A stretch of DNA of 64,000 nucleotides from Antedon mediterranea (Eukaryota; Animalia; Echinodermata). Shown here piece by piece: positions 50,650-63,240 of this stretch. The stretch covers positions 7,332,422 to 7,396,421 of the forward strand of contig NC_092678.1 of the NCBI RefSeq assembly GCF_964355755.1, read 5' to 3'. The notes beneath the pieces were generated by a model. That model was not told the DNA's origin, did no database searches, and worked only from the letters and a program-made list of their open reading frames with translations. The translations under genes were made by a program, and so were the position numbers. Each line of letters begins with the position of its first letter. Position 1 is the stretch's first letter.

Positions 50650-52559
50650 GACCACCTAAGGTAACCAAAATTCATCAGAAAAACAGGAGCATTTCTTGGC
50701 TTACGACAACATTTTAAGAAAGCCACCTAAGTAAGCGTGAACTAAAGCAAGTTTCAAACGAGTGGAAATACGAAAAAAATTGCAATTCATCGATAAAAAA
50801 AGGTTCAACAGTTTTCAGAATGTTTCTTGACTTAAAACGACTTTTTAATAAATCCACAGAGGTAAGCACAACGTTTCAAACCAGTGGAAATAAGAGAGTA
50901 AATGAAATTTGTGTTTTGTTTCTTTTGAAGTGTTTCTGGCTTACAAAGAATTTTTAATTCTTGAAATGACTTTATACATACATCGAATAAGAACAACATA
51001 AACCTATATAGCTAATTATTTTATTGTATATCCATCATTTTTGTCACATTTTGTTCGTCGTGTTCTGTACTTACGTATCTTCGTTTCCCGTATTGATAAG
51101 ATGAAATTCAGAATTCAATTAAGAATTGACACAACACGTGACTTATATGTTGGCATACATTTTCTTGGAAGTTATTTAGTCAAAACAATTTAGGGGCAAT
51201 TGAATTGAATGCTGGCTAAAAGCATTTTCTCATTTTGTTATAACTTTAAATATAACTTCAACAAATGTCAGTTTTCTACACTACTTAATATAGAACATTG
51301 GTTTATTTCATTTAATTCATTTTTAGGTTGATTTTAAACATGGAGCCTAATTTATTCATGTTTTAAACATTTCTAAAAATGTTCTTCTCTTTTAGTGGTA
51401 TTTATTTTGTTATGCATAATGTTAACTTTTAGTGAAATTATTATGACCAATAAAGGATATGTTAATGGTAAATTATCAAGCAATGGTATAGTAGCATAGT
51501 GGCATCTCCGGGTCCTTGTTGGATCATAGTATCAGTCTCTCGCAAAGATAATAACAGAAGATTTAAAAAATAAAATTTGGTTAAATGCAAACATTTCTCC
51601 ATGGAAGTAAGCGACCATGTCAACATTATTCTAATGCAGTAACTGCATCTTTTGTTTATTTCAATGTAAAAGTTTATGTTTATAAACAGTGTGTATGACA
51701 GATTACTCAGAAAAAGCTTTCTAAATACTGCAGTAGAATATTTTTTACATGATCCTGCTAAACTCATGTAAACACATTTTATTAAGAATTTAAATGTCTC
51801 TTTAACATTGCCTGAAGCAAACTATCAGATGTGTTGACTATTATTCTCTGTTATTTGTAAATAAAAAAGTAAAATATTTGAAATTGATTGATTTTTATTA
51901 CTTGTAGATATTAAAATCCCCTTATTTGTCTCCAAATGGGAAAAGGATGAGCTTTCTAAATTCGAGCATTATCACAAAAGTATAATATAATTTCACAATT
52001 GACTGATGTTTAAAATATTAAATTTCTACATATATGCACATATATTGCATTGCAATCGCTTTATGTTGTCATAGTAACAAAGTATGTCATAAAAGTGTCA
52101 AATTTGGTGATTTTTTATTGGATTGTTTACGGACTATATTAGATCTATAATAAAGTCTGTGGAATGACATTCCTGAATGGATTAGGCATTGCCATACAAT
52201 TAATTCTTCAAAAAAATCATTAAAATCATACCTTTTTGCTGAGGCATATGGTATTAATGAAGAATAAACAAACAGTGTTGTGATTAGCGCCTTGAGCACT
52301 TTTAGTGGATATGTGCGCTATATAAATTGTTATATTATTATTGTTATTAAAGTACGACTAATTTGTGTAGTTGGTTGAGAAGTGAGATGGCGAATTAAGT
52401 CGGAATTCCGTGAGGTTTAAAAGGACTTTGTTCCCCAGCAGAACAAGGTTCTAGTAAACAGCGTGACTATAACTTGATAAGTAAGTGAAATTTCATGAAG
52501 GATTGGATACTAATAGAATGTGAGCTGGGATTAGAGCAAAACATGAAGCAAGAATTAAG

Positions 52560-52703
52560 TACAACGAGGCCCGATGAGTCAACTCGTCGGGAGAAAATTA
52601 AATATGTTTGAAATTCTGGCATCGACCTAAAAACTACACCCACTGCTATCTGAAGACGTCTCGTCGGGATTCAACTCAAGACTTTTTGTCAGGCCTCATT
52701 GTA
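52560..52703. mobile_element. Short degenerate MITE
   Basis: Imperfect TIRs TACAACGAGGCCCGA and TCAGGCCTCATTGTA. Confidence 0.5.
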
Positions 52704-52868
52704 CGGCGCTGTTTGAGTTGGCCTTAAACGATGGACGTCGATTGAAGGTTGAGGTCCTCACCACAAAACAACCTGTAGTACATTAAATAGGCTTATTTAT
52801 ACTTATCTATTTATAGGCCTACTTATACTTATATCCTTGTACCTCTTATATAATTTATTTATATGTAT

Positions 52869-55749
52869 GTATCAGACGGCCAGTTTGAGTAGCTCACGTC
52901 CAACATTAGGTATCAGACGGCCAGTTTGAGTAGCTCACGTCCAACATCAGGTATCAGACGGCCAGTTTGAGTAGCTCACGTCCAACATCAGGTATCAGAC
53001 GGCCAGTTTGAGTAGCTCACGTCCAACATCAGGTATCAGACGGCCAGTTTGAGTAGCTCACGTCCAACATCAGGTATCAGACGGCCAGTTTGAGTAGTTC
53101 ACGTCCAACATCAGGTATCAGACGGCCAGTTTGAGTAGCTCACGTCCAACATTAGGTATCAGACGGCCAGTTTGAGTAGCTCACGTCCAACATCAGGTAT
53201 CAGACGGCTAGTTTGAGTAGTTCACGTCCAACATTAGGTATCAGACGGCCAGTTTGAGTAGCTCACGTCCAACATTAGGTATCAGACGGCCAGTTTGAGT
53301 AGTTCACGTCCAACACCAGGTATCAGACGGCCAGTTTGAGTAGCTCACGTCCAACATCAGGTATCAGACGGCCAGTTTGAGTAGCTCACGTCCAACATCA
53401 GGTATCAGACTGCCAGTTTGAGTAGTTCACGTCCAACATCAGGTATCAGACGGCCAGTTTGAGTAGCTCACGTCCAACACCAGGTATCAGACGGCCAGTT
53501 TGAGTAGTTCACGTCCAACACCAGGTATCAGACGGCCAGTTTGAGTAGCTCACGTCCAACATCAGGTATCAGACGGCCAGTTTGAGTAGCTCACGTCCAA
53601 CATCAGGTATCAGACGGCCAGTTTGAGTAGTTCACGTCCAACATCAGGTATCAGACGGCCAGTTTGAGTAGCTCACGTCCAACATCAGGTATCAGACGGC
53701 CAGTTTGAGTAGTTCACGTCCAACATTAGGTATCAGACGGCTAGTTTGAGTAGTTCACGTCCAACATCAGGTATCAGACGGCCAGTTTGAGGAGCTCACG
53801 TCCAACATTAGGTATCAGACGGCCAGTTTGAGTAGTTCACGTCCAACACCAGGTATCAGAGGTCCAGTTTTGAGTAGTTCACGTCCAACATCAGGTATCA
53901 GACGGCCAGTTTGGGTAGCTCACGTCCAACACCAGGTATCAGACGGCCAGTTTAAGTAGCTCACGTCCAACATCAGGTATCAGACGGCCAGTTTGAGTAG
54001 TTCACGTCCAACACCAGGTATCAGACGGCCAGTTTGAGTAGCTCACGTCCAACATCAGGTATCAGACGGCCAGTTTGAGTAGCTCACGTCCAACATCAGG
54101 TATCAGACGGCCAGTTTAAGTAGCTCACGTCCAACATCAGGTATCAGACGGCCAGTTTGAGTAGCTCACGTCCAACACCAGGTATCAGACGGCCAGTTTA
54201 AGTAGCTCACGTCCAACATCAGGTATCAGACGGCCAGTTTGAGTAGTTCACGTCCAACACCAGGTATCAGACGGCCAGTTTGAGTAGCTCACGTCCAACA
54301 TCAGGTATCAGACGGCCAGTTTGAGTAGCTCACGTCCAACATCAGGTATCAGACGGCCAGTTTAAGTAGCTCACGTCCAACATCAGGTATCAGACGGCCA
54401 GTTTGAGTAGCTCACGTCCAACACCAGGTATCAGACGGCCAGTTTAAGTAGCTCACGTCCAACATCAGGTATCAGACGGCCAGTTTGAGTAGTTCACGTC
54501 CAACACCAGGTATCAGACGGCCAGTTTGAGTAGCTCACGTCCAACATCAGGTATCAGACGGCCAGTTTGAGTAGCTCACGTCCAACATCAGGTATCAGAC
54601 TGCCAGTTTGAGTAGTTCACGTCCAACATCAGGTATCAGACGGCCAGTTTGAGTAGCTCACGTCCAACACCAGGTATCAGACGGCCAGTTTGAGTAGTTC
54701 ACGTCCAACACCAGGTATCAGACGGCCAGTTTGAGTAGCTCACGTCCAACATCAGGTAACAGACGGCCAGTTTGAGTAGCTCACGTCCAACATCAGGTAT
54801 CAGACGGCCAGTTTGAGTAGTTCACGTCCAACATCAGGTATCAGACGGCCAGTTTGAGTAGCTCACGTCCAACATCAGGTATCAGACGGCCAGTTTGAGT
54901 AGTTCACGTCCAACATTAGGTATCAGACGGCTAGTTTGAGTAGTTCACGTCCAACATCAGGTATCAGACGGCCAGTTTGAGGAGCTCACGTCCAACATTA
55001 GGTATCAGACGGCCAGTTTGAGTAGTTCACGTCCAACACCAGGTATCAGAGGGCCAGTTTTGAGTAGTTCACGTCCAACATCAGGTATCAGACGGCCAGT
55101 TTGGGTAGCTCACGTCCAACACCAGGTATCAGACGGCCAGTTTAAGTAGCTCACGTCCAACATCAGGTATCAGACGGCCAGTTTAAGTAGCTCACGTCCA
55201 ACATCAGGTATCAGACGGCCAGTTTGAGTAGCTCACGTCCAACATCAGGTATCAGACGGCCAGTTTGAGTAGCTCACGTCCAACATCAGGTATCAGACGG
55301 CCAGTTTGAGTAGTTCACGTCCAACATCAGGTATCAGACGGCCAGTTTGAGTAGCTCACGTCCAACATCAGGTATCAGACGGCCAGTTTGAGTAGCTCAC
55401 GTCCAACATCAGGTATCAGACGGCCAGTTTGAGTAGTTCACGTCCAACATCAGGTATCAGACGGCCAGTTTGAGGAGCTCACGTCGAACATTAAGTATCA
55501 GACGGCCAGTTTGAGTAGTTCACGTCCAACACCAGGTATCAGAGGGCCAGTTTGAGTAGTTCACGTCCAACACCAGGTATCAGACGGCCAGTTTGAGTAG
55601 TTCACGTCCAACATTAGGTATCAGACGGCCAGTTTGAGTAGTTCACGTCCAACACCAGGTATCAGACGGCCAGTTTGAGTAGCTCACGTCCAACATTAGG
55701 TATCAGACGGCCAGTTTGAGTAGTTCACGTCCAATATCGGGTATCAGAC
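52869..55749 (+). repeat. 41-bp tandem satellite, about 70 copies
   Basis: Unit GTATCAGACGGCCAGTTTGAGTAGCTCACGTCCAACATCAG, head-to-tail with no spacers, few variant positions. Confidence 0.99.
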
Positions 55750-56902
55750 TTGAGCTACCCCAAAACGGACGTGCGCTACCCCAAAACGGACTTGCGCTAC
55801 CCCAAAACGGACGTGCGCTACCCCAAAACGGACGTGCGCTACCCCAAAACGGACGTGCGCTACCCCAAAACGGATGTGAGCTACCCCAAAACGGATGTAC
55901 GTACCCCAAAACGGACTTGCACTACCCCAAAACGGACGTGCGCTACCTTAAAACGGACTTGGGCTACCCCAAAACGAACGTGCGCTACACCAAAACGGAC
56001 GTGCGCTACACCAAACGGACGTACTCCAAAACGAACTTCGCTACCCCAAAACGGACTTGCGCTACCCCAAAACGTACGTAACCCAAAATGAACTTGCGCT
56101 ATCCCAAAACGGACTTGCGCTACCCCAAAACGGACGTGCGCTACCCCCAGAACGGACGTGCGCTACCCCAAAATGGACGTGCGCCACCTCAAAACGGACG
56201 TGCACTACCTCAAAACGGACGTGCGCTAACCCAGAACGGATGTGCGCTACCCCAGAACGGACGTGCACTACCCCAAAACGGACGTGCGCTATCCAAAAAC
56301 GGACATACGCCAAAACGGACTTGCGCTACCCCAAAACGGATGTGAGCTAACCCAAAACGGATGTGCGCTACCAAAAAACGGACGTGAGCTACCCCAAAAC
56401 AGACGTATGCTACCAAAAAACGGACGTGAGCTACCCCAAAACGGACGTGTGCTACCCCAAATTGGACGTGCGTTACCAAAAAACGGACGTGCATTACCAA
56501 AAAACGGATGTGCGCTACCCCAAAACGGATGTGCGCTACCCCAAAACGGATGTGCGCTACACCAAAACGGACGTGCGCTACCCCAAAACGGACGTGCGCT
56601 ACCCTAAAACGGACGTCCGCTACACCAAAACGGACGTGCGCTACCCTAAAACGGACGTCCGCTACCTAAAAACAGACTTAGCGGACTTGCGCTACCCCAA
56701 ATTGGACGTGCGTTACACCAAATTGGACGTGCGTTACCCCAAAAACGGACGTGCGCTACCCCAAAACGGACGTCCTCTACACCAAAACGGACGTGCGCTA
56801 CCCCAAAACGGACATCCGCTACCTAAAAACAGACTTAACCCAAAACGGACATCCGCTACCTAAAAACAGACTTAACCCAAAACGGACGTGCGCCACCCCA
56901 AA
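55750..56902 (+). repeat. 21-bp tandem satellite, about 55 copies
   Basis: Unit CCCCAAAACGGACGTGCGCTA, more diverged than the 41-mer; two further units at 58717-58763 beyond the LINE. Confidence 0.98.
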
Positions 56903-58720
56903 GGTTCGAGACAATATTGAGTCTACTACGACAAAATATTCTGAATACCTCACAAACAAACAACGCAACTCAATGTTTTTTAGCTATGTTGATGAGGAGG
57001 AGGTACTAAAAGTTATTGAATCTCTCGATTCAAACAAAGCCCCCGGATTTGATGACATTTCAGCAAAAGTTGTAAAGGAAGTAAAATACAACATTTTAAA
57101 GCCGCTGACATATATTTTTAATTTATCACTTCAAACTGGACTGATACCAGGGAAGTTGAAAATTTCCAAAGTAGTTCCTATACATAAAAAAGGGGACCGC
57201 CATTTGGCCTCAAACTATCGTCCCATATCGCTGTTGCCCATTTTTTCGAAAGTTTTTGAAAAGATTATCCATAATCAATTATACAATTGTCTTACAAAAT
57301 TTAGAGTGTTAAGCAACAATCAATATGGATTTAGAAACAAACACTCAACTTCTCATGCTATGATCGACTTGGTCCATAGAATATTAAATGCATTTGAAAA
57401 AAAGGAATATGCACTTGCTACCTTTATGAATTTGTCAAAAGCGTTTGACATTATCGATCACAGTATTCTGTTGAGCAAATTGGCACATTATGGTATAAGA
57501 GGCATCGTTTTAATGTGGTTTAGAAACTATTTAAGTGGCCGCAAACAATATGTGTATGCCAATGGTAGATCATCATGTTTAAAAGACACCAATATAGGGG
57601 TGCCACAGGGCTCTGTTTTAGGACCACTTTTGTTTTTTGATTTACATCAATGATATAAGTCGAGCAAGTAGTAAAATAGATATAATTAGTTTTGCTGACG
57701 ACACAACTTGTATAACAAGGGGAGATGACCCTACAATGTTAAACCATATGAATATTGAACTAGAAAAAATAAACGTATGGCTTAAAGCAAATAAGCTGTT
57801 ACTGAATGTCAGCAAAACTAACTACGTTGTTTTTAGAACTACCCATAAGTACTTTGACAAAAACCAGTTTAAAATAAAAATGAATAATGTGTTATTACAT
57901 AGAAAAGAAAATGTGACATTTCTAGGTGTAATTTTAAACGAGAATCTTAACTGGAAACATCACATACAGCTTATTAGGAAAAAAAATTCTAGGGCAATTG
58001 GTATACTTTTAAAAGTAAGAGAATTCTTTCCTCATAAAGTCCGTATTAGTCTTTATAACACCTTAAGTATTACCTCACCTTCAGTATGGTAACTTAATAT
58101 GGGCAAATACATACAAGAGCACGTTAGAAGTAATACTAAAACTCCAAAAGAGAGCTGTAAAATGCATTACCTTCTCTAAATCCAGACAAGCCTCAGAGCC
58201 ACTGTTTAAGAAACTAAAAATATTAAACGTTTATGATATTTACAAAGTAAACGTCATAGGATTTATGGCAAACGTAAAATTCAATGAATTACCACATCAC
58301 ATTTTAAATATTTTTAATTACTGTGACAGTATTAGGCCTACTCATAACCTCAGAACAGAAACTGAATTCGAAATTCCCTTCACAAGACTAACTTGCAGTC
58401 AACAGTTTATACACATATATGGACCAAAATTGTGGAAAGAGTTCACTTGTAATGGTGGTAATAAACCGGTTATCTTAAAGAAACAAAATAAATGTATAAA
58501 AAAACAGGTCAAAAAATACTTTTTATCACTATATGCTGATTAACAACACCTTTGTTTATTTAAGTTCTATATACTTGTTCTTATGTAAAAGGGTCCTACA
58601 AAAAAACGAAGCTACAGCTTTTTTTTGCAGGATCCCTGTTTTCAGTTGTACTGTAATTATGATGTACTGTAATTGATGACTAAATAAATGTGGAATAAAT
58701 AAATAAATAAATAAATAAAA
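56903..58720 (+). mobile_element. 5'-truncated, inactivated non-LTR retrotransposon (CR1/L2-group reverse transcriptase)
   Basis: KAPGFD, NYRPISLLPIFSKVFEK, QYGFR, NLSKAFD, GVPQGSVLGPLLF, IYINDI, FADDT, FLGV; frameshifts near 57630-57640 and ~58065; no endonuclease domain; stop at 58543; (TAAA)n tail 58694-58720. Confidence 0.95.
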
Positions 58721-59105
58721 ACAGACGTGCGCTACCCAGAACGGACGTACACTACCCCAAAACAGTATGAACACCAGGCTAGTGGTTTCAAGTCGCATCA
58801 TCCGAGTATTACATCTGGCCAAACAGTGACTTTGATTTTGTCCAAATGAAACTAAACAAGAACACTAGAATATAATAATTTACAAGTCAAGTCTGTGCTA
58901 CAAGTAACATTTTAATAGAAAAAAAACACCTTGCAACTCAATTTTACAATTTACATGAAAACTTGACCGAAATAAAACTTAAAGAAAAATACAGTACTGC
59001 GGTCGTCGACAGTGTTAGGGAGGCACATACAAATAATAGTAGCAACCGTAAACCGTTTGATAGAATTACACAAACCAACAGTGGTGTTGGTAGTCTGTGA
59101 GTGCC

Positions 59106-59262
59106 GCTTACCTGGATAAACCGACAATAGCATCTCTCTCCAAATAGGAATACGATAATAGGTGGAATTTAGCAAACAGTACCATTATCCAAAAGGGGGT
59201 TCTCCTTTTGTATATATTTCTCTTATTGGAGAGATAGGCTATTGTTGGTTTATCCAGGTAGC
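59106..59262. repeat. Fold-back inverted repeat (MITE-like)
   Basis: TACCTGGATAAACCGACAATAGCATCTCTCTCCAA pairs imperfectly with TTGGAGAGATAGGCTATTGTTGGTTTATCCAGGTA. Confidence 0.7.
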
Positions 59263-61095
59263 ACTGCATCCAGGTAAGCCATGCACGGACTAACATTTTA
59301 AAATTTACAAACGTTTTGAGCTAGTTCATTGACAATTGGATTAACAAGAAAACACGGTTGCACAAAACATTTGATACAAAGTTACCTAAGACTTTAAATT
59401 TGTCTATTTTATCCAGAAAAGATCCACTTCTTTATTAATGAAAGACAAAAGTTGTAAAACCATATAAAAGTCAAACTGAATTAAGTCACATATTCAAATA
59501 AACTTGTTTTTGTACAATGGACATTAATTAAAAAATTCAACCGTTTAAAAAGTACATTTGGAATACTGTTTTCTTAATTAATTAATTAACATTTAACCTA
59601 ACCATGGATGAAAAATTGACCTCTACAACCTAACTTAACACACCTAATTTTAGATTTCCACATACTCGCATATAGAATGTTCACCAAAACTTGTTCTTAT
59701 AATCTATTTAAAAAACAAATAACAATACTGCAATAATAATTTTAAATGTCTGCAATGCTATATACGACTATTGAAAAAAACCTCTTTGGCAAACTGTAAA
59801 TATATCAGCATATGAATATTAATTACAAATGTTAATTAGCTATTTTTAATAATACAATAGGTTTACATGATTTACACTATTTATTCAATTACATTTCCGA
59901 CATCTGTACACATTAAAGCTACGAAAAATCAAGGTTATAAACAATTAGACCCCACAAATAATTACTGAGTGTCAAAAATAATTGATTAATATGAACAAAA
60001 TTAACACAATAATTATGGGGTGTTCAAGGTATAATTTCTTTTAATCACAGGTTATAACTAGATCTGATATTTTTTACCATTTAGCCCTACCCCATGGATT
60101 ATCTTGAAAATCCATTTAAACTGATACTGTGACATAACATTCAATAATCATCATTGTTTAAGAACTGAAATATGGAATTACCAACTTTACAAAAGAGACT
60201 TTTTTTGTTCGTGTAAACTTTTAGAAACACAGAAAGCAAATACGGCTACTATTTTCAATATATACAAATAAAAAATGTCTACACAATGTCAGTCAAGATG
60301 GATACACTAAATGTACACCTTGATCTTTAACCTATACAATACACCTTGAACTTTGACCTATACAGTAGCTCAGACACAGCATATCTAATATTTTTGTAAA
60401 ATAATTAAAAACAGTTTTTTTAAAATAATATATACAAACAAACACAAAGAAAGAAAGAAAAGTTAAATGAGGAAAAGTTATTAAAACGATAATTCAGTCA
60501 CTTAATTTTGTTACCGTTAATGTGGTTTTATAGTGCAATTGCAATACCATGAACAATTTATTGTTTTACATATGTCAAATATTGTATGTCAAATTTCGGG
60601 ATCGATATTGAAAAACAAATCACTTTTTTCCTAATTGATTAAAAAAAATTAATTTAATATACCCTTAGTTTAACTAAGGAATAAGAACATCTTAAATACA
60701 CACAAATACCTAAAAATTATTTATTTATATAACATTTAGTTCATATAAAAATCATCAGAAAAGCCTCATATACAGCAATTTTACCATCCAATTAATTTCA
60801 GTTCAAACAATCACATATCTGTATTTGATTCAAGAAATTCAAGAATCTATAGGTGCATCAAACATTGACAAGAATAACTCTTACGGTATGAAACATTCAA
60901 CTACACAACACTACCACAAAAATGTCTTTCCACAAAAAATGTTAAAACTGGACTGTAGTAATAATCACGGTCTTGGTGGGTTTTGATTGGTTTAGACTGG
61001 ATACGTTAAACGATGACGTAGTATTCCGAGTCTTCCTCGTTCTTATTGGTGTGATATTCTTGCTGTAAACACTCAGGCTCTTCCGACTGTAATTG

Positions 61096-62502
61096 TCATA
61101 CGGATGTTTCGTTACTGCTGGCGCTGCAATGAAAACGCAACCAAATTTTATTGAGAGAGTAGGGCATAAGAAAGTCCCTGAACTACATCAAGTAGAGTTC
61201 AACTTCCATGTCCAGTACCATGGACACATCCTATACTAATCACTGGCACATTTTTTACTTCTTTTATTGGATGCCTCTGTAAATAAAATCTACGATAGGT
61301 TCAACTTCTACATACAAGTTAAACAATGGCAATCGAATATGAAGGAGAAAATCTGAAAAAAGGCCATCACTGTGAAACAATTGACTATACCATTGTAAAG
61401 TGGGGGTGTGTGCAATCAAGCTTTATTGTTGCTTTAAATAATACAAAGTATTTTGTTGAGATGGACCCTAAATAATAAACTTACTCAGATTCAGACATGT
61501 GTGCTGTGCGGTCCCTTATTTTTAGACCTAGCTTATCTGGGCCGCCCATTCCAAGCGGTATAGCCATTCCAGTTCGTGTGAGACTCGAGATGCTAGGTGT
61601 ACGTGACGAATCAGAATGCTGTTTCATTATACCGCGTAGTGGTAGGATGTCGGGTCGTTCATTTAGAGTTTGATGACCTATTCATAAAAGAAAATATATT
61701 AGAGATATTATACAAAAATTGAGTGGAAAATGTTCAAAATAAATAAATAATTCTAAGGCAATGGTTCGAAAAAAAAAGTCAAATTATTTGTTGATGGCAA
61801 TTGAAGATAATTATTGGATTCGAGATTTTATCAATCACTCTGCATTTTACGAAATTGCATTAGAAGCAAGACGACGATGCTACAGTAAGATATATTTCAA
61901 GAGTGTAGTTTACTAAATTGAGTTGAGATTGTCTTGACCTTTTCGATCGTTACGCTACAATGATTCCTAAAGAAGGTTGTAGTAATCTTACTTTACTAGT
62001 GTTTATTTTCCATGCAACCTAAACAAGAGTAATTTGTTTTAAATTCTTCTATACGAAGTATGTACATGCACACATTCAGCAGGCCCTTGATCTATCGACA
62101 CCTTCAAATTTTATCTGACAATTTGATGTGCCTATGGACACGATGACATTACATCACTACCATATTTAAGCACATCACACTTTTTTTGTCAAACTAGTTT
62201 GATAGTGTAGACAAAGCTTAAGGGTGCGTGATAGGATTTGAAGGCATATTTCTAGCCTTTAGTTTATAATAACGTACAGTCGATGCTACCAGTTGGAGAC
62301 TCCGTCTGGCTGTTCTCTTTCTCATCCGGAGTAAGCTTCACATCAATTACTTGTAGTTCTCCTTTATGGGAACCTGCTCTGGATTCTGTATCACTTGCTG
62401 TTGCAGAGTAGCCCTCGCTTGGCCAAGCATTTCGGTGATAGCCTTCTGGTTCTGTGTCTTGTTTGTAATTCTCACACTCAGGTTCAAGGGTCATACCTGG
62501 AA
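61096..62502 (-). CDS. CELSR: 3' coding exons of a probable CELSR/flamingo atypical cadherin (cytoplasmic tail); gene continues beyond the window
   Basis: Phase-consistent exons 62502-62278, 61677-61485, 61123-61096 (TGA): ...NAWPSEGYSATASDTE...GELQVIDVKL...LPLRGIMK...SESDASSNETSV*. Exon structure is well supported. Identity rests on recalled similarity to the vertebrate CELSR1 tail (WP..SDSE, KGILK, SNETSI end) and is not verified. Confidence 0.6.
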
Positions 62503-63179
62503 CTGATAATATACGAAAAATTAAATACATAATTTTTTTTTCAGTTTGTAGATTAATGACAGATTTTAAAATAACTTTTGTTGAAATTTTAAAAATGTTT
62601 GTAGAGATTCAAGAATCGTCAGTGATTCAAAATCTATTCAACAATCACACAATATTCTTTACATATAATAGGTAGCTTAGGTAAAAAACAACCGCTATTT
62701 TGGGTTTGTTTGAAACTACAACCAAAATTTGTAGTGCAGCCATACAAAATTAGTTTTAAATGATCATAAAAATATGAAACAAATTATTTTAAACTAACTG
62801 CATTTTTTAAGCAGAAAAATGGTTCATGAAATACATAAAATGAATTTTGTTTAGATTTTGTGATTTGAGCATAAAATCAAATTTTAAAAGTATGACAAAA
62901 CAACTTTTAAATGATAACAGTAAAGCGTTAAGATTGCAATTTGTGGCAGATCTAAATAAATTTTTCAGTGATATGGTTGAAAACGAACTACTTTGTGACA
63001 AATATGACAAGGAAACAGTGACAAACATGACAATATTATTGAACATGAATCTAACAGACAACTAAATTTCTATATCAATAATTTAGGAGAAATACAGATG
63101 TTGTTTATTGTCTATATTGTTCAAAATTCTGGCAGCTATATTTTTTTTAATATTTTTTTAAAGAAAAAATCCTGACATG

Positions 63180-63240
63180 TGACAGGATTTGAACCCAGGA
63201 CCCTTGGAGTGGTAGCCAAGCATCATAACCACCAAGCCAC
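63180..63240 (-). mobile_element. tRNA-derived SINE head or tRNA pseudogene fragment
   Basis: Minus strand GTGGCTTGGTGGTTATGATGCTTGGCTACCACTCCAAGGGTCCTGGGTTCAAATCCTG with A box and B box; no intact acceptor stem seen. Confidence 0.6.

Noticed and set aside
52869-55749. 41-bp array as a CRISPR array
   Set aside because: Units are head-to-tail with no unique spacers, there are no cas genes, and the context is spliceosomal eukaryotic genes.
55703-56863. Repeat ORFs (YPKTDVR, LPQNGRA, PFWGSAR)
   Set aside because: Products of a stop-free 21-bp unit read in several frames on both strands; no splice or start context.
52869-58720. Repeat array plus reverse transcriptase as a retron, DGR or telomerase-like system
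   Set aside because: The RT has ordinary non-LTR motifs, a (TAAA)n tail, 5' truncation, two frameshifts and a mutated catalytic Asp, and it interrupts the satellite, so it is a later insertion.
62807-63065. ORFs 62847-63065 (+) and 62807-63061 (-) as genes
   Set aside because: Short, AT-rich, no recognisable motif; they lie in an intron of the minus-strand gene.
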